NCBI GenBank assembly: GCA_963703225.1
Contig: OY969801.1
Span: forward strand, 2,208,001-2,272,000
Length of the DNA stretch: 64,000 nt
Direction: 5' to 3'
DNA from: Candidatus Eiseniibacteriota bacterium
GTDB taxonomy: Bacteria; Eisenbacteria; RBG-16-71-46; SZUA-252
Within the stretch, counting starts at the first letter, position 1. Each line of letters starts with the position of its first letter. The notes beneath the pieces were generated by a model. That model searched no databases, was not told where the DNA came from, and saw only the letters and a program-made list of their open reading frames with translations. Positions 11,175-23,647 of the stretch are shown one piece after another. Position numbers and translations under genes: made by a program.

Positions 11175-11400
11175 TGGTGAACGGCAGGAGCGCCAGGATG
11201 CGCGCGCGCTTCACGGCCTCGGTGATCTGCGCCTGATGGCGGGCGCAGGTGCCCGAGATGCGCCGCGGCACGATCTTTCCGCGGTCGGTGATGAACCGCG
11301 TGAGCCGCCGGTCATCCTTGTAATCGATCCGATCCACCTTGTCGAAGCAGAGCTTGCAGAACTTGCGTCGAAACGATCTAGGTTCGCCGTCGCGAGCCAT
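11158..11400 (-). CDS. rpsR: 30S ribosomal protein S18 (zinc-binding type)
   Basis: [30 protein letters not shown]. Confidence 0.97.
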   Translation of the reverse strand: MARDGEPRSFRRKFCKLCFDKVDRIDYKDDRRLTRFITDRGKIVPRRISGTCARHQAQITEAVKRARILALLPFTSEQYR

Positions 11401-11460
11401 TCACACCTCCTATGATTCGGTTGTTTCGATTGGCACAGAACGAAACGCCGCGCCCGGCGT

Positions 11461-11835
11461 TTACTCGATGACCGCGGGGGCGGCCATCGCCGGCCGCTCC
11501 GCCCCTTCCTCGGGGCCCTTGACGGCCCCTTCGGGGGGCTTGGGCGATTCCTTGGGCGCGACGATCGTGAGATGCCGGAGCACGCTCTCGTTGAGCCGGA
11601 AGCGCCGGTCCATCTCGGCGATCAACTCCGGCGGGCTCTTGTGCTTGACGTGGACGTAGGTGCCGTCCCGCCGCTTCCGGATGACGTAGGCGAGCTTGCG
11701 CTTTCCCCAGCGCTGCACTTCGATCACCTCGCCGCCGGCCTGGGCGATGGGCTGGGTGACCCGCTCCACCTCCTCGTTCACCCGCGCCTCCTCGAGGCTC
11801 GGGTCGAAGATTACGGTCGTCTCGTACAGTTTCAT
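11461..11835 (-). CDS. rpsF: 30S ribosomal protein S6
   Basis: MKLYET..WGKRKLAYVI..VLRHL. Confidence 0.96.
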   Translation of the reverse strand: MKLYETTVIFDPSLEEARVNEEVERVTQPIAQAGGEVIEVQRWGKRKLAYVIRKRRDGTYVHVKHKSPPELIAEMDRRFRLNESVLRHLTIVAPKESPKPPEGAVKGPEEGAERPAMAAPAVIE

Positions 11836-11842
11836 CGTTTCC

Positions 11843-12421
11843 TCACTCTTCCGTGGTATCGCGACCGAACCGGTTCCACCGGTTCATCGCCTGGGTCAAC
11901 CCGAGCGCGGCCGCGTCGAACGCGCAGTCCGCCGCGGCCTCGATCACTACGTTGAGGCTCTCCCGCTCCGCATCCTGAAACGGCGAGAGCACGAACTCCG
12001 GCAGATCCGCCGACGGCGGCGCCGGTCCGACACCGATCCGGAGCCTCGGAAATTCCGTGGACCCGGTGGCTTCCACAATCGACTCGAGGCCCTGGTGGCC
12101 GCCCGCGCCGCCGCCCGCGCGGAGCCTCAAGGTCCCGAGCGGGAGGTAGACATCGTCGTACACGACCAGGATTTCCTGTGCGATCCAGCCATCGGCGAGC
12201 AGATCGCGGATCGCCGCCCCGCTCCGATTCATGTACTGCTGCGGCTTCACGAGACGCACCGTGTGCCGCCCGGCTCTCCCCTCCGCTCGCAGGGTGCCGG
12301 CCCCCCGGGACCAGCCCGAGAAACGTCCCAGGCGCCCGACCAGCGCGTCCACCGCCATGAAGCCGGCATTGTGGCGCGTGCCCTCGTATTCCCCGCCGGG
12401 GTTCCCGAGGCCGACGACCAC
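11843..12421 (-). CDS. pth: Peptidyl-tRNA hydrolase
   Basis: VGLGNPG..Y..TRHNAGF, YMNRSG, GGHQG, RLRIGVG. Confidence 0.96.
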   Translation of the reverse strand: MVVGLGNPGGEYEGTRHNAGFMAVDALVGRLGRFSGWSRGAGTLRAEGRAGRHTVRLVKPQQYMNRSGAAIRDLLADGWIAQEILVVYDDVYLPLGTLRLRAGGGAGGHQGLESIVEATGSTEFPRLRIGVGPAPPSADLPEFVLSPFQDAERESLNVVIEAAADCAFDAAALGLTQAMNRWNRFGRDTTEE

Positions 12422-12431
12422 CTTGGCCTCG

Positions 12432-13100
12432 CTAACCTTCCTTGCCTCCCTCCGCTTCCGGTTCCTCTTCCTTCTTCTCCTTCACCAGCTCGGGCTCCGC
12501 CGGGGCTGCTTCCTCCGCCGGCTTCACTTCCTCGAGAATCGTCGGCGGCACGACGGCCGCGATCGCGCGGTCCGCATCGGTCTTGATGACGACCCGTTCC
12601 GCCTTGATGTCGCTCACGTGGAGCGAGTCGCCAATGTTGAGCGCGCTCACCTCCACCTCCAGCCGCGACGGGATGTCCGCAGGCAGACACTCCACTTCCA
12701 CTTCGCGGAGCAAGTGCTCGAGAATTCCCCCGCCGTCTTTGACGCCGATCGGGGTGCCGATGAGGACGATCGGAACCTCGACGATGATCCGTTCGGTGAG
12801 CGAGATGTGCTGGAGATCCAGGTGCAGGATGACCCCCGCGACCGGGTCGCGCTGGATCTCGCGGATCAGCGCCTTCCGATCCGACCCGGCGTCTCCCTCC
12901 ACCTTGAGATCGACGATGACGTTGGACCCCTCCGCCCGGCCGATGACCTCCTCCAGCTCGCGGAGGCCCACGATGAGGGGAATCGGGTCCTCGCCCCGAC
13001 CGTAGTAGACGGCGGGTATCCGACCCGCCTGTCGGAGCTTTCTCGCGACGCCTTTGCCGACGTCCGACCGGCGCGCGCTCTTCAGCGATAACATGGCCAT
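12432..13100 (-). CDS. rplY: 50S ribosomal protein L25/Ctc (long form)
   Basis: GKGVARKLR..GRIPAVYYG, QRDPV...ILHLD, acidic tail. Confidence 0.96.
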   Translation of the reverse strand: MAMLSLKSARRSDVGKGVARKLRQAGRIPAVYYGRGEDPIPLIVGLRELEEVIGRAEGSNVIVDLKVEGDAGSDRKALIREIQRDPVAGVILHLDLQHISLTERIIVEVPIVLIGTPIGVKDGGGILEHLLREVEVECLPADIPSRLEVEVSALNIGDSLHVSDIKAERVVIKTDADRAIAAVVPPTILEEVKPAEEAAPAEPELVKEKKEEEPEAEGGKEG

Positions 13101-13131
13101 GGTGCTGCTTCCTCCATTTTGCTTCCGCGTG

Positions 13132-14145
13132 TCAGATGAACAGCGAGCTCAGCGATTCCTCATCATGGATGCGGCGGATCGCCTCGCCCAAGAGCTCCGC
13201 CACGGAGAGCACCCGGATCTTGGAAGGGAGCCGGGCCGGCTCGTGCGGATAGCTGTCGGTGATGATCAACTCCTTGATCACCGAGGCCGCGATCCGCTCC
13301 TTGGCGTCGCCGCAAAGCACGCCGTGCGTGCACGCGGCGTAAATTTCGCGCGCTCCCGAGTCTTGAAGTGCGCGCGCGGCTTCGACGAGCGTCGAACCGG
13401 TGCTCACAATGTCGTCGAAGATCACGACGTTCTTCCCATCCACTTCCCCGATGACGTTCATCATCTCCACCGCGTCGGGCCGCGGGCGTCGCTTGTCGAC
13501 GATCGCGAGGCTCGCGCTCAGACGCTTGGCGTAGGCGCGGGCCATCTTCACGCTCCCGATGTCCGGCGCCACGACCACGACGTTCGGGATCTGGAGTCGT
13601 AGGAAATAGTCCACCAGAACCGGCGCGGCGTAGAGGTGATCGAACGGGATGTCGAAGAACCCCTGAATCTGCGCCGAATGAAGATCCATCGTCATCACCC
13701 GGTCCGCGCCCGCGGTGGTGATCAGGTTCGCCACGAGCTTCGCGGTGATCGGGACCCGCGGCTGGTCCTTCCGATCCTGCCGCTGGAATCCGAAATACGG
13801 GATGACCGCGGTCACGCGCCGGGCCGAAGCCCGACGGACGGCATCGATCATGACCAGGAGCTCCATCAAGTTCGTGGCCGGCGCGAAGGTGGGCTGGAAC
13901 ACGAAGATGTCGGAGCCCCGGATGTTCTCGTTGATCTTGACGAATGTCTCTCCGTCGGCGAACTGGTCGACGATCGCGTCGCCCAACTCGATCTGGAGGT
14001 AGTCGCAAATCGCGCCGGCGAGCGGCCGGTTGGCGTTCCCGCTAAAGAGGCGCAGGCGCGTTTCGGCCGAGCGCAGCCGGGGCGGCTCGGGCTGCCCTTT
14101 CACCGACGGTACCGCGCGCCGGTCGGTAGCTAGCTTCACCGTCAT
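13132..14145 (-). CDS. prs: Ribose-phosphate pyrophosphokinase
   Basis: FADGE, PYFGFQRQDRK, DLHSAQIQGFF, DDIVSTGST; ATG at 14145 follows a GGAGG RBS. Confidence 0.96.
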   Translation of the reverse strand: MTVKLATDRRAVPSVKGQPEPPRLRSAETRLRLFSGNANRPLAGAICDYLQIELGDAIVDQFADGETFVKINENIRGSDIFVFQPTFAPATNLMELLVMIDAVRRASARRVTAVIPYFGFQRQDRKDQPRVPITAKLVANLITTAGADRVMTMDLHSAQIQGFFDIPFDHLYAAPVLVDYFLRLQIPNVVVVAPDIGSVKMARAYAKRLSASLAIVDKRRPRPDAVEMMNVIGEVDGKNVVIFDDIVSTGSTLVEAARALQDSGAREIYAACTHGVLCGDAKERIAASVIKELIITDSYPHEPARLPSKIRVLSVAELLGEAIRRIHDEESLSSLFI

Positions 14146-14169
14146 CGCGACCTCCTGGGATCGATGCCG

Positions 14170-14295
14170 AACAAAAAAGACCCGAAGACCGATTGACGGC
14201 TTCGTCAATCGGGCCCGAGGCGCCGCGCGGCGCTCGCTGGACCGGAGGAACAAGCCTCCGGGGCCCGGCGATCGAGGTCAATTGTCTTGGGTCTC
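14170..14295 (-). promoter_or_regulatory. Structured leader / candidate attenuator between tRNA-Gln and prs
   Basis: Perfect 10-bp hairpin at 14189-14212, U-tract at 14173-14178, competing complementarity with 14277-14295. Confidence 0.5.
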
Positions 14296-14367
14296 ATGAG
14301 GCGGCCGCACCCGGCGGTCCGCCGTCCTGCCCTACATGTTACAACAAGAGCGCCCCGCGCGACGTGG

Positions 14368-14442
14368 TGGTTGGGGCGGGAGGATTCGAACCTCCGAATG
14401 GGAGATCCAAAGTCTCCTGGCTTACCACTTGCCGACGCCCCA
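14368..14442 (-). tRNA. tRNA-Gln(UUG)
   Basis: Cloverleaf, anticodon arm GGAGA-CTTTGGA-TCTCC, GTTCGAATC T-loop, encoded CCA. Confidence 0.95.
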
Positions 14443-14505
14443 ATCCGTCATCGCGAGGGAATTCCTTTCCCCGAGCCGGGCGCCGGCACCGCGTCTGCCA
14501 ACCGC

Positions 14506-14796
14506 CTAAAGCACCGTGCCGATCAGGGAAGGCTGCTTTGCGCGCTCCCTTTGGTATTCGTCGAGGATCCGATCCTCGATGAACTTTCTGGTCTCGTTGT
14601 TGATCGGATGCGCGACGTCCTGATAGGTCCCATCCGGCCGCTTTCGGCTCGGCATGGCTACGAACATCCCATTCGTTCCTTCGATGATCTTGAGGCCTCG
14701 GATTACGAATGCGTCATTGAACGTCATGCTCGCAAAGGCTTTCAGCTTGTCGTCATCCCTGAGCGATATGCGGACTTCAGTAATCTCGAGTGTCAT
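14506..14796 (-). CDS. spoVG: SpoVG family nucleic-acid-binding protein
   Basis: EITEVRI..LKAFAS.TF...FVI..LKIIEG..GMFVAMPSRK..YQDVAHPIN. Confidence 0.95.
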   Translation of the reverse strand: MTLEITEVRISLRDDDKLKAFASMTFNDAFVIRGLKIIEGTNGMFVAMPSRKRPDGTYQDVAHPINNETRKFIEDRILDEYQRERAKQPSLIGTVL

Positions 14797-14905
14797 ACCG
14801 TCTCACCCGCCTCGAGTTCCGGACCCCGATCCCTCGAAGTCCCTAGGAGCCCCATCCAGGACTCTGGCCACGCACCGCACTGCCAACGTCGCCCGGACAA
14901 TGAGA

Positions 14906-15802
14906 TCACGCAACTGGTGCTACGGTGACGCCACGTTCCAGAGTACGAACCACGCGAACCTCAGCGCCCCGGCCTGCGATTCCCTTCGCGGCCGTTATCG
15001 CTTCGTCGAGCGAGCGAACGACGCCGTAGATCGTCGATCCGCTCCCCGACAGCAGCGCTTTCATCGCGCCGCCGCCGATGATTGCGCGCTTCAGTTCGGC
15101 GAGACTTGGAAATTCGGGAAGGACAACGTCCTCGAAAACGTTGTGCATCGCGCTCGCAACCGCGCCCCACTCCCGGCTACCCAGCGCTGACGCGAGGACA
15201 GTAGCGCCGCTCGGCCCCGGTGTCAAATGATTTCTGGCCCGACCGTATGCCCAAGTCGTTGAAACACAGATAGGTGGGCTCACGAGCACCGCCCAGAAGG
15301 GCTCCACCGGACAAAGTTGTCTCAGTTGATCGCCCCGGCCCGTCCCGCGAGCGGTCCCACCTCTGACAAAAAATGGCGCATCGGCGCCGAGGCGCGCCGC
15401 CAATACTTCCTGGTCCCCGGCCGAGAGGTCGAGGCCGAACAGACGGGCCGCGCCTGCCAAAAATCCGGCCGCGTCACTGCTTCCGCCGCCGAGTCCGGCG
15501 CCAACCGGTATACGTTTGGTGAGTGTCGCCTGGATTCCGGATAATTTCGATCCAGCTGTCCGTTCACGGAGAAGCTCCCAGGCCCTCTCCACCAGGTTGG
15601 GCCCGTTCGAAGGGATCGGGATACCCCGCGTCTCCAGGGTGAAGCCGGGCGGGCCGGGCCTCAGGATCAACTCATCTTCGAGGTTCACGGTCTGGAGGAT
15701 GGTGTCGATCTCGTGGTAGCCGTCCGCCCGACGGCCCAGGATCCACAAGCCCAGATTGATCTTGGCCGGGCAGCGCACCCGGACCCCAGCAGGCTCTCCC
15801 AC
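14906..15802 (-). CDS. ispE: 4-diphosphocytidyl-2-C-methyl-D-erythritol kinase
   Basis: PAKINLGL..DGYHEI, KRIPVGAGLGGGSSDAA, LSGSGST. Confidence 0.95.
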   Translation of the reverse strand: MGEPAGVRVRCPAKINLGLWILGRRADGYHEIDTILQTVNLEDELILRPGPPGFTLETRGIPIPSNGPNLVERAWELLRERTAGSKLSGIQATLTKRIPVGAGLGGGSSDAAGFLAGAARLFGLDLSAGDQEVLAARLGADAPFFVRGGTARGTGRGDQLRQLCPVEPFWAVLVSPPICVSTTWAYGRARNHLTPGPSGATVLASALGSREWGAVASAMHNVFEDVVLPEFPSLAELKRAIIGGGAMKALLSGSGSTIYGVVRSLDEAITAAKGIAGRGAEVRVVRTLERGVTVAPVA

Positions 15803-15805
15803 CGT

Positions 15806-16711
15806 CTATCCGCGCGGCCAGGTCAGGATGGCAACGACCACGGCCGCCCAGAGGATCACGTTGAGAAGCGTTGCCCGGTCGCTCAGCAAATGCTCGGAGG
15901 GGTCTCCCCCCTTGTCCTGGGCATACATCAAATAGAGATAACGAAAGATGCCGTACAAAACGAACGGGATCGTCAAATAAATCGGCCGGCCGTCGAACTT
16001 GGCCAGGGTCTCGGGCGAGATGGTGTAGACGGCATAGGCGAGCACCGTGGCGCCCGTGACCACCGCGACGAGCTGATCCAGAAGCTTCGCGTTGTAGAGG
16101 CCGAGCGCCCCGCGGTGGCGCGACGCGTCCGCCTCCAGCACGGTCAGCTCGTGGCGCCGCTTCCCGATCGCGAGGAAGAGCGCGAGGAAAAAGGCGCAGA
16201 CCAGGAGCCACGGGCTGAGCTCGATCGTCTCGGAGCCGGCGTGCGCGCGGTCGCGCATCAGCTCCACGCCGGCCACGGCGCGGAGCACAAATCCCAGCGC
16301 GATCGCGACCACGTCGAGGAGCACGACCTGTTTCCAGAACAGGGAATAGAGGAGCGTGAGCACGACGTAACCCACCGCGCACGCGCCGAAGCGGGGACCC
16401 AGGAGAAAACAGCCGCCGATCCCCAGCGCCAGGAACGCGACCGCGAACGCGGAGGCCGCGACCGGGGAGAGTGTTCCGGAGGCGACCGGGCGAGCCCGCT
16501 TCTCGGGGTGGAGCCGATCGCGCTCGACGTCGAGCACATCATTGAGCATGTAGACGCCTGAGACCGCGATCGAGAACGCGAAAAATCCGGCGATAGCGGC
16601 GAGCACGAAAGGCGGCTCGAGGATCTTCAGCGTGAAGACCAGTCCGGCGAACAGAACCAGATTCTTGGTCCACTGGTAGAGCCGCATCGAGCGGACCACC
16701 TCACGGATCAT
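15806..16711 (-). CDS. UbiA-family prenyltransferase (decaprenyl-phosphate phosphoribosyltransferase-like)
   Basis: QWTKN, Y.LND..D.ERDRLHPEK..RP.ASG, KRRHEL, YGIFRY. Confidence 0.88.
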   Translation of the reverse strand: MIREVVRSMRLYQWTKNLVLFAGLVFTLKILEPPFVLAAIAGFFAFSIAVSGVYMLNDVLDVERDRLHPEKRARPVASGTLSPVAASAFAVAFLALGIGGCFLLGPRFGACAVGYVVLTLLYSLFWKQVVLLDVVAIALGFVLRAVAGVELMRDRAHAGSETIELSPWLLVCAFFLALFLAIGKRRHELTVLEADASRHRGALGLYNAKLLDQLVAVVTGATVLAYAVYTISPETLAKFDGRPIYLTIPFVLYGIFRYLYLMYAQDKGGDPSEHLLSDRATLLNVILWAAVVVAILTWPRG

Positions 16712-17283
16712 CTTCGCGCCATCTCCTCGGCCCGCTCGCAGCAGAGGTGGCCCACCGCGAGGTGCACTTCCTGGATGCGCGGGGTAGACCGGCTCGGGAC
16801 GACCAGGCAGAGGTCGCATCTTCGGGCGAACGAGGCGCCGCCCGCGCCGGTCATGCCGATCACCCTGAGGCCGCGCGCGCGCGCCGCGCGGACGGCGGCC
16901 AGGATGTTGGGCGAACGGCCGCTCGTGGTGAGCGCCACGAGGAGATCGCCGCGTCGGCCGAGCGCTTCGATCTGGCGCGCATACACGCGCTCGAAGCCGT
17001 AGTCGTTTCCGACCGAGGTGAGGATCGAGCTGTCGGTGGTGAGGGCGACGGCCGGCAGGGCACGGCGCTCCCGCTCGAAGCGCCCGACCAGCTCCGCGGC
17101 AAAGTGCTGCGCTTCGGCGGCGCTGCCGCCGTTGCCGCAGAAGAATATCGTCCGTCCCCGCCGAAGCGTGGCGCCGAAGAGACGCGCCATCCGCTCCACA
17201 CCGGCCCCGTCGCGCGCGAGCGTTTCCAGGAGGAGCCGCGCGCCCTCCTCGAGGCCACGACGAATCGGGCTCGGCCGCTTCAC
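16708..17283 (-). CDS. gmhA: Phosphoheptose isomerase (SIS domain)
   Basis: CGNGGSAAEAQHFAAELVGRF, GNDYG, TSGRSPN, RIQEVH. Confidence 0.92.
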   Translation of the reverse strand: MKRPSPIRRGLEEGARLLLETLARDGAGVERMARLFGATLRRGRTIFFCGNGGSAAEAQHFAAELVGRFERERRALPAVALTTDSSILTSVGNDYGFERVYARQIEALGRRGDLLVALTTSGRSPNILAAVRAARARGLRVIGMTGAGGASFARRCDLCLVVPSRSTPRIQEVHLAVGHLCCERAEEMARR

Positions 17284-18140
17284 GCCGCCTCGCCCTCCAC
17301 TGCTTTCCGGGACGCGAGGTAGTGGTGGAGGGCCTCCTCCCACCGCGGAGGGCTTTCCCCGGTGAGCGCGCGATACCGGGCGCCCGAGAGGACCGAGTAT
17401 TTCGGCCGCGCCGCCGGCCGCGGGAATCGCTCGGAGGTGGTCGGCTGGATGGTCGCGGAGGATCCCAGATAGCGACCGATCTCTACGGCGAAGCCATACC
17501 ACGTGGTCTGTCCGGAATTGGTCACGTGGACCGTCCCCGTCGATCCGCGCCGGAGCAGAAGCTCGATCCCGTGCGCGAGATCCCGGGCGTAGGTGGGGGA
17601 GCCGCGCTGGTCGTCGACCACCTCGAGCCCTTCCCCGCGCCCCAGCTTGGTCGCGATCGTGTCGACGAAGTTCTTGCCCCCATGCCCGAAGAGCCACGAA
17701 GTCCGCACGACGAGGTGACGCGCGCCGGAAGCGCGCACCTCCTCCTCGCCGGCCAGCTTCGATCGGCCGTAGACGTTGATCGGGTTTGGAGAATCCTCTT
17801 CCAGGTAGGGGGCGCCCTTGGTGCCGTCGAACACGTAGTCGGTGCTCACGTAGACGATCGCGGCGCCCCGCTCGCGGGCGAGGTCGGCGACCGTCCGCGT
17901 CGCGTCCCGGTTCACGGCCATCGCCTTGTCGGGTTCCGACTCGCAGCCGTCCACGTTCGTCATCGCGGCGGCGTGGACGATCGCGTCGAACTCGATCCCC
18001 TGGGCGGCCGCCCGTATCCGCGCCGCGTCGGTGAGGTCGGCCTCGCCCCTTCCCCAGAGGAGCAGCGAGTGGGCCTTGCCCAGCCTCTCCGAGAGGGCTC
18101 TGCCCAGAATCCCGTTCGCTCCCGTGATCAGTACGCGCAT
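17280..18140 (-). CDS. rfbD: dTDP-4-dehydrorhamnose reductase
   Basis: GANGILG, STDYVFDG, YGRSKLAGE, DQRGSPT. Confidence 0.94.
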   Translation of the reverse strand: MRVLITGANGILGRALSERLGKAHSLLLWGRGEADLTDAARIRAAAQGIEFDAIVHAAAMTNVDGCESEPDKAMAVNRDATRTVADLARERGAAIVYVSTDYVFDGTKGAPYLEEDSPNPINVYGRSKLAGEEEVRASGARHLVVRTSWLFGHGGKNFVDTIATKLGRGEGLEVVDDQRGSPTYARDLAHGIELLLRRGSTGTVHVTNSGQTTWYGFAVEIGRYLGSSATIQPTTSERFPRPAARPKYSVLSGARYRALTGESPPRWEEALHHYLASRKAVEGEAA

Positions 18141-18146
18141 GGTCCG

Positions 18147-19211
18147 CTACAGCACGTCCACCAGGCTCGAATCGCCCAGCATGAACCGGTAGGCCGAAGG
18201 CTTCCGCTGGGAGCGCTGGATGCGAACTTCCTTGCCGATCAGGGATGCCTCGATCCGGACCGGCACGTCCTCGATGACGCAGCGCTCGAGGACGATCGAG
18301 TGCTCGATCTCGCTGTTTCGGACGCGGACGTCATCGTAGATCGAGGAGAAGGGACCGATGTAGGCGTTCTCGATCACGCAGCGCTCTCCCAGCGTGAGTG
18401 GGCCGCGGAGGATCGAATTTTTCACGACGGTCCCCGGCGCCACGATCACCTCGCCCTCGGCTTTTGTCTGGGCGTCCAGCTCGCCGCGGATCGATCGCTT
18501 GGCGCGCGAGAGGACCATCCGGTTCGCCTCCAGAATGTCCTCCAGCTTCCCCGTGTCCTTCCACCATCCGCCGATGATGTGGTGGCGGACTTCCCGTCCG
18601 TGATCGATGAGGTACTGGATCGCGTCGGTGATCTCCAGCTCGTTCCGGAACGAGGGGCGGATGCCGTCGACCGCCTCGAAGATGGTCGGGTCGAACATGT
18701 AGACGCCGACCAGGGCGAGATCCGATTTGGGTTGCTTGGGCTTTTCGACCAGTCGCTTGATCCGGTCCCCGTCGAGCTCCGCGACGCCGAACTCCTCGGG
18801 GTGGGGTACGTGGGCGAGGAGGATTTGGCTGTTGGGGCGATCGCGCCGGAACTCCTCGACGAGCGGCGTGATCCCGTCGAGGATCAGGTTGTCCCCGAGG
18901 TACATCACAAACGTGTCGTCCCCCAGAAACGCGCGCGAAACCTTGACCGCGTGCGCCAGCCCCAGCGGCGCGTCCTGCCGGATATAGGTCGTCTTGACCC
19001 CAAAGGCCGAGCCGTCGCCCACCGCCGCGCGGATCTCCGCTTCGGTATCCCCCACGACGATTCCCACGTCCGAGATTCCCGCCGCCCGGATCGCCTCGAT
19101 CCCGTAGAAGAGGATCGGCTTGTTGGCGATCGGGACGAGCTGCTTGGCGCTCGTGTGGGTGATCGGCCGAAGCCGCGTCCCTTTCCCGCCGCTCAGGATG
19201 AGCGCCTTCAT
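18147..19211 (-). CDS. rfbA: Glucose-1-phosphate thymidylyltransferase (long form)
   Basis: MKALILSGGKGTRLRPITHTSAKQLVPIANKP, ELEITDA, WWKDTG. Confidence 0.92.
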   Translation of the reverse strand: MKALILSGGKGTRLRPITHTSAKQLVPIANKPILFYGIEAIRAAGISDVGIVVGDTEAEIRAAVGDGSAFGVKTTYIRQDAPLGLAHAVKVSRAFLGDDTFVMYLGDNLILDGITPLVEEFRRDRPNSQILLAHVPHPEEFGVAELDGDRIKRLVEKPKQPKSDLALVGVYMFDPTIFEAVDGIRPSFRNELEITDAIQYLIDHGREVRHHIIGGWWKDTGKLEDILEANRMVLSRAKRSIRGELDAQTKAEGEVIVAPGTVVKNSILRGPLTLGERCVIENAYIGPFSSIYDDVRVRNSEIEHSIVLERCVIEDVPVRIEASLIGKEVRIQRSQRKPSAYRFMLGDSSLVDVL

Positions 19212-19248
19212 CGTGCCCGCTCGGCTCTCTGGTGTTCCCATCGCGCGG

Positions 19249-21929
<2,681 letters not shown>

Positions 21930-21930
<1 letters not shown>

Positions 21931-22526
21931 CAGTGTGGTTCCGGGCCTTCCGCTCCGCCGTAGGTCACGAGATCCCGCACGATGCTCCAGTCAAAGCCTC
22001 GCCGGACGAGTGCGCCGGCGATCCTCCGCGCGCGGTCGGGCGCCTCCCGCCGTCGGTGCCTCCGCTCCAATTCCGCGATCGCGGCCCGGGCCCGTCCTTC
22101 CTCCGTATCGAGCGCGCGCTCCGCGAGGTCGGGGTCCTCGTGGAGCAGCGCGTCGATCTCTTCGATCAGCGGCGCCGGGATGCCCCGCCGCTTCAGCTTG
22201 AGGGCCAGCAGACGGCGCCCCTGAGGCCGACGCGGAATCTCCGCGCGCAGGAACGAGCGGACGAACGCGCGATCGTCCAGAAGCGAGACGCGGCGAAGCC
22301 GCTCGACGGCGTGCTCCACCGCGTCCTGAACAAAGCCGCGCTCGAGGAGCCGGTCCACCACTTCCCGCTCGGTGCGTGGTCCCTGCTCCAGCATCCGGAG
22401 GGCCGCTTCCTTGGCGGCATCCTCCGACGAAGTCCTCTCCGTCCGGCGCGGCACTGAGTCAGATCCGGACTCGGCGTTCTCCCCGAGCTTCCGGCGTCGC
22501 CGTGGCCGGAGCGGCCGCCGCGCCAT
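21930..22526 (-). CDS. recX: Regulatory protein RecX
   Basis: Follows recA; A.RML..RTEREV..RL, LDDRAF, LVRRGF. Confidence 0.88.
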
Positions 22527-23568
22527 CCGAGGCCGGCCGCGTGAGTCCGAGCGCCTCGCGGAGCTTCGCCTCCAGCTCGGCGGCGGCGTCGGGGTGTTCC
22601 TTCAGCCAAAGGCGGGCGTTCTCGCGCCCTTGCCCGATCCTCTCTTCTCCGTACGAGAACCAGGTCCCGCTCTTCTGAACCAGGTTCTTCTCGACCGCGA
22701 GGTCGATGAGCTCGCCCTGCCGGGAGATCCCCTCGTTGAAGAGGATGTCGAACTCCGCCTCCTTGAACGGCGCCGCGACCTTGTTCTTCACCACCTTCAC
22801 CTTCACGCGGCTGCCGATGTTGTTATCGCCCTCTTTGATGGCCCCGATCCGGCGAATATCCATGCGGATCGATGCGTAGAACTTGAGCGCGCGGCCTCCG
22901 GTCGTCGTCTCGGGATTCCCGAACATGACGCCGATCTGCATGCGGATCTGATTGATGAAGACGACCGTCGTCTTGGACTTGGAGATCGTGCCGGTCAGCT
23001 TGCGGAGCGCCTGGGACATGAGGCGCGCCTGAAGACCCATGTGCGAGTCTCCCATCTCCCCCTCGATCTCCGCCTTGGGGACGAGCGCGGCCACCGAGTC
23101 GATCACGATGATGTCGACGGCGCCGCTGCGGACGAGATGCTCCGCGATCTCCAGCGCTTCCTCGCCCGTGTCGGGCTGGGACACGTGGAGGCCGTCGATG
23201 TCGACCCCGATTCGCTTCGCGTAGTTCGCGTCCAGCGCGTGCTCGGCGTCGATGAAGACCGCGTTCCCGCCCGCCCGCTGTGCCTGCGCGATGATGGTGA
23301 GCGCGAGGGTCGTCTTTCCCGAGGACTCGGGGCCGTAGATCTCGATGACGCGCCCGCGGGGCACGCCGCCGACGCCGAGCGCCGCGTCGAGCAGGATCGA
23401 GCCGGTCGAGATCGCCTCGATTTGGACGCGCGCGGAGTCCTCCCCCAGCTTCATGATCGCGCCCTTTCCGAACTGGCGCTCGATCTGCTGTACAGCGAGT
23501 TCGAGCGCCTTGGAGCGCTCCTTGCTCATTTCCCTGGCCGCTGAGCCCGTGGACGTGTTCCCTGCCAT
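22459..23568 (-). CDS. recA: Recombinase RecA
   Basis: [39 protein letters not shown]. Confidence 0.98.
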   Translation of the reverse strand: MAGNTSTGSAAREMSKERSKALELAVQQIERQFGKGAIMKLGEDSARVQIEAISTGSILLDAALGVGGVPRGRVIEIYGPESSGKTTLALTIIAQAQRAGGNAVFIDAEHALDANYAKRIGVDIDGLHVSQPDTGEEALEIAEHLVRSGAVDIIVIDSVAALVPKAEIEGEMGDSHMGLQARLMSQALRKLTGTISKSKTTVVFINQIRMQIGVMFGNPETTTGGRALKFYASIRMDIRRIGAIKEGDNNIGSRVKVKVVKNKVAAPFKEAEFDILFNEGISRQGELIDLAVEKNLVQKSGTWFSYGEERIGQGRENARLWLKEHPDAAAELEAKLREALGLTRPASDGAAAAPATATPEARGERRVRI

Positions 23569-23647
23569 GTCGCGATTCCCCCTGATCTGTTTCTGGCGGT
23601 CCGTTCCGGGACGCCTGGTTCGGGTCGGGGCGAAAAAGAGTGTTGGG

